From Botryllus schlosseri (taxonomy: Eukaryota), in assembly GCA_051294905.1 (NCBI GenBank), contig CM119372.1, positions 5,520,001 to 5,584,000 of the forward strand: a stretch of 64,000 bases of DNA. The letters are read 5' to 3'. Positions 62,172-64,000 of this stretch are shown here, one piece after another. A program made the position numbers and the translations under genes. Within the stretch, counting starts at the first letter, position 1, and each line of letters starts with the position of its first letter. The notes beneath the pieces were generated by a model. It ran no database searches. It was not told the origin of the DNA and saw only the letters and a list, made by a program, of their open reading frames with translations.

Positions 62172-64000
62172 ATGTAGAATGAAGATAACGAGCATCATGC
62201 GTCTGCTTTTAATCATAAATTCGCCTTGATCACACGAAATTTGTATCTTGGCGCGCACAATGATTGGAAATCGGCACGGTACCACTTCAGGGAGAGCCCT
62301 CTGAGGCTTTTTGACCAAAATGATAAACTGGTACTATATCCTTGCGTTAGTGAGCTACAACATAACTTCCTAATCGTACTATAGTGGATGATTTTGTATT
62401 AGCGTTCTGATGCACAACCCCGCATGTGGGTTATACAATATGGGTTGCTTTGTTCATAGTAGCCTAAATGCATTTTCATGTTAATAACTCGGTGCAATAT
62501 TCCCTCAATTTTGGCAAAATAAATCCAGTGTTAGCACAGGTCTAAACCACATTTTCAGTTGATTTACTAGTCGTACAAAGCAATGAAAAAGAAACTAATA
62601 GGCCTACTATCAACTTACCCGCCTCAACATTGTCAGAGGTGTAGACGCCACCCAGCAAACACCCGATATCCCATGGATTTACTGGTATGTCCTCAATTGT
62701 TCCAACTCATCCCACCTCCCACGGTTAGTTACTGAGGACCTGCTCAGTTTGTCACAAACTGGACGTCCAGTTATGTAACTCCAGATGACTTCCAGTGGAA
62801 GAAATTTTTAGAATATTCCTGTTCGCGTCACCAATGAATATTCCAGAGGATGTCATAGTAGTATGTCACCTGGATGCCACGTACACAGGAGTTCATCAGG
62901 ATGCCCCTACTTGGATATCGCTTTCATGGGGTCCAGCTGGCTTGTTGAAAATGGCATATTATCATTATTATTCCCCATGTGGGATGCACAATGCACATAT
63001 CGCGGACGAAATCGTAAGACATATAGGCTTATAGCCATTTATCAGTGTACTGGTTTTATGAAAATATATCGCAATCCTGCGTTGTATTGATTTGAATAAA
63101 TTGTTAATAAGCTGAATTATAAAGAGGCATATAGCTGGACCCATAAGCGTGCACAACTGCACAATTGTGCAGTGTGCACATCATGGCGAGATACGTGTTC
63201 TGAATATATATCCCGATATAGCGAAATACTGGAACAAATGTGCGCATCAATGTGAAATTGTGATGCAAGTGGCGGTATCACAACGCGATTCACTAAGGAT
63301 GATACGCCATGACTATTTGTAGCACACAGCACGTCTCTACAATCGCGACCCTATCGTGAAAACCAGACAGACATCTTCAAACCAGACAGCCTTCTTCCTT
63401 CTCCGTCACGTGTTACCTGCGCAGTCTAGCGCGACGGCGCGTGCATCTGACATTTGAATCTGAGTTGATATCTGTGTGACTGATGCGACGAGGTTCTTAG
63501 AGATAATGGACGCAGACAAAACAGTCATTGATTTGATTGAGAATCTGTACGAAGCAAAAACAGAAGAGTTGCTGTCTGTGTTTAGTGTTTGTTGATTCAG
63601 AAACTCTACCTGAACCGCTCCAACAGAGAAACAGTTTGAAATGGTAAGAGTTTTAATCTTTAGAATGATGCGTAATAGCGTAAATAGACCTAGCTATACC
63701 GTATACATTTCTTGTGAGCGTGATTTAGCTTCTCCTTTTTCGTTGATAGTTAGTGTTCAATATCGATATATGGTAGAACATTAAATTGTTTGCTGCGCCT
63801 CATTATTTCTTCGAATGCAGATACGCCATAGGCCTACTGTGAAGTGTGAATACGAATATGTTTGAAACGCCATAAACACCGATTTGCTGATTCATTCCAA
63901 TAGCAATGCTTTGCTGGTCGGTAGACTGAATGTTCCTCAAGATATTGATAAAAATATCTTGTGTATTTGCGTGGTCATATAGTAATTTATGTAATGAGGC

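Noticed and set aside
63505..63645. Short ORF MDADKTVIDLIENLYEAKTEELL.. near a gtaaga donor
   Set aside because: Interrupted by a stop, no recognisable family, and lies after a probable TE end at about 62650; not supportable as a host gene.

Overview
Animal (metazoan) genomic DNA, AT-rich and dense in transposons; an invertebrate such as a tunicate is a guess, not something the sequence proves. The host content is a tandem cluster of four paralogous + strand immunoglobulin-superfamily units (A-D). The ORF track shows them only as fragments because they are spliced. Each unit has a signal-peptide exon (B 3341, C 27862, D 42035; A's is not in the window), one Ig-domain exon (982, 7780, 30304, 58587) and one or two Thr-rich stalk exons, all phase 1. 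Only unit B is followed by a recognisable transmembrane exon (18611-18692) and a tyrosine-motif cytoplasmic exon (21766-21910), giving a complete type I receptor. Units A and C run into the next unit's upstream region with no TM exon, so they may be secreted decoys, variable 5' cassettes sharing constant exons, or truncated copies. The B and D Ig exons differ almost only at replacement sites. Introns and spacers hold a pol-deleted BEL/Pao LTR element with a SAP-like gag N-terminus, a decayed ISL2EU/Harbinger-type element, a decayed Buster/Charlie hAT transposase, tRNA-derived SINEs, a 1-kb foldback, and many hAT-type MITEs nested up to five or six deep.
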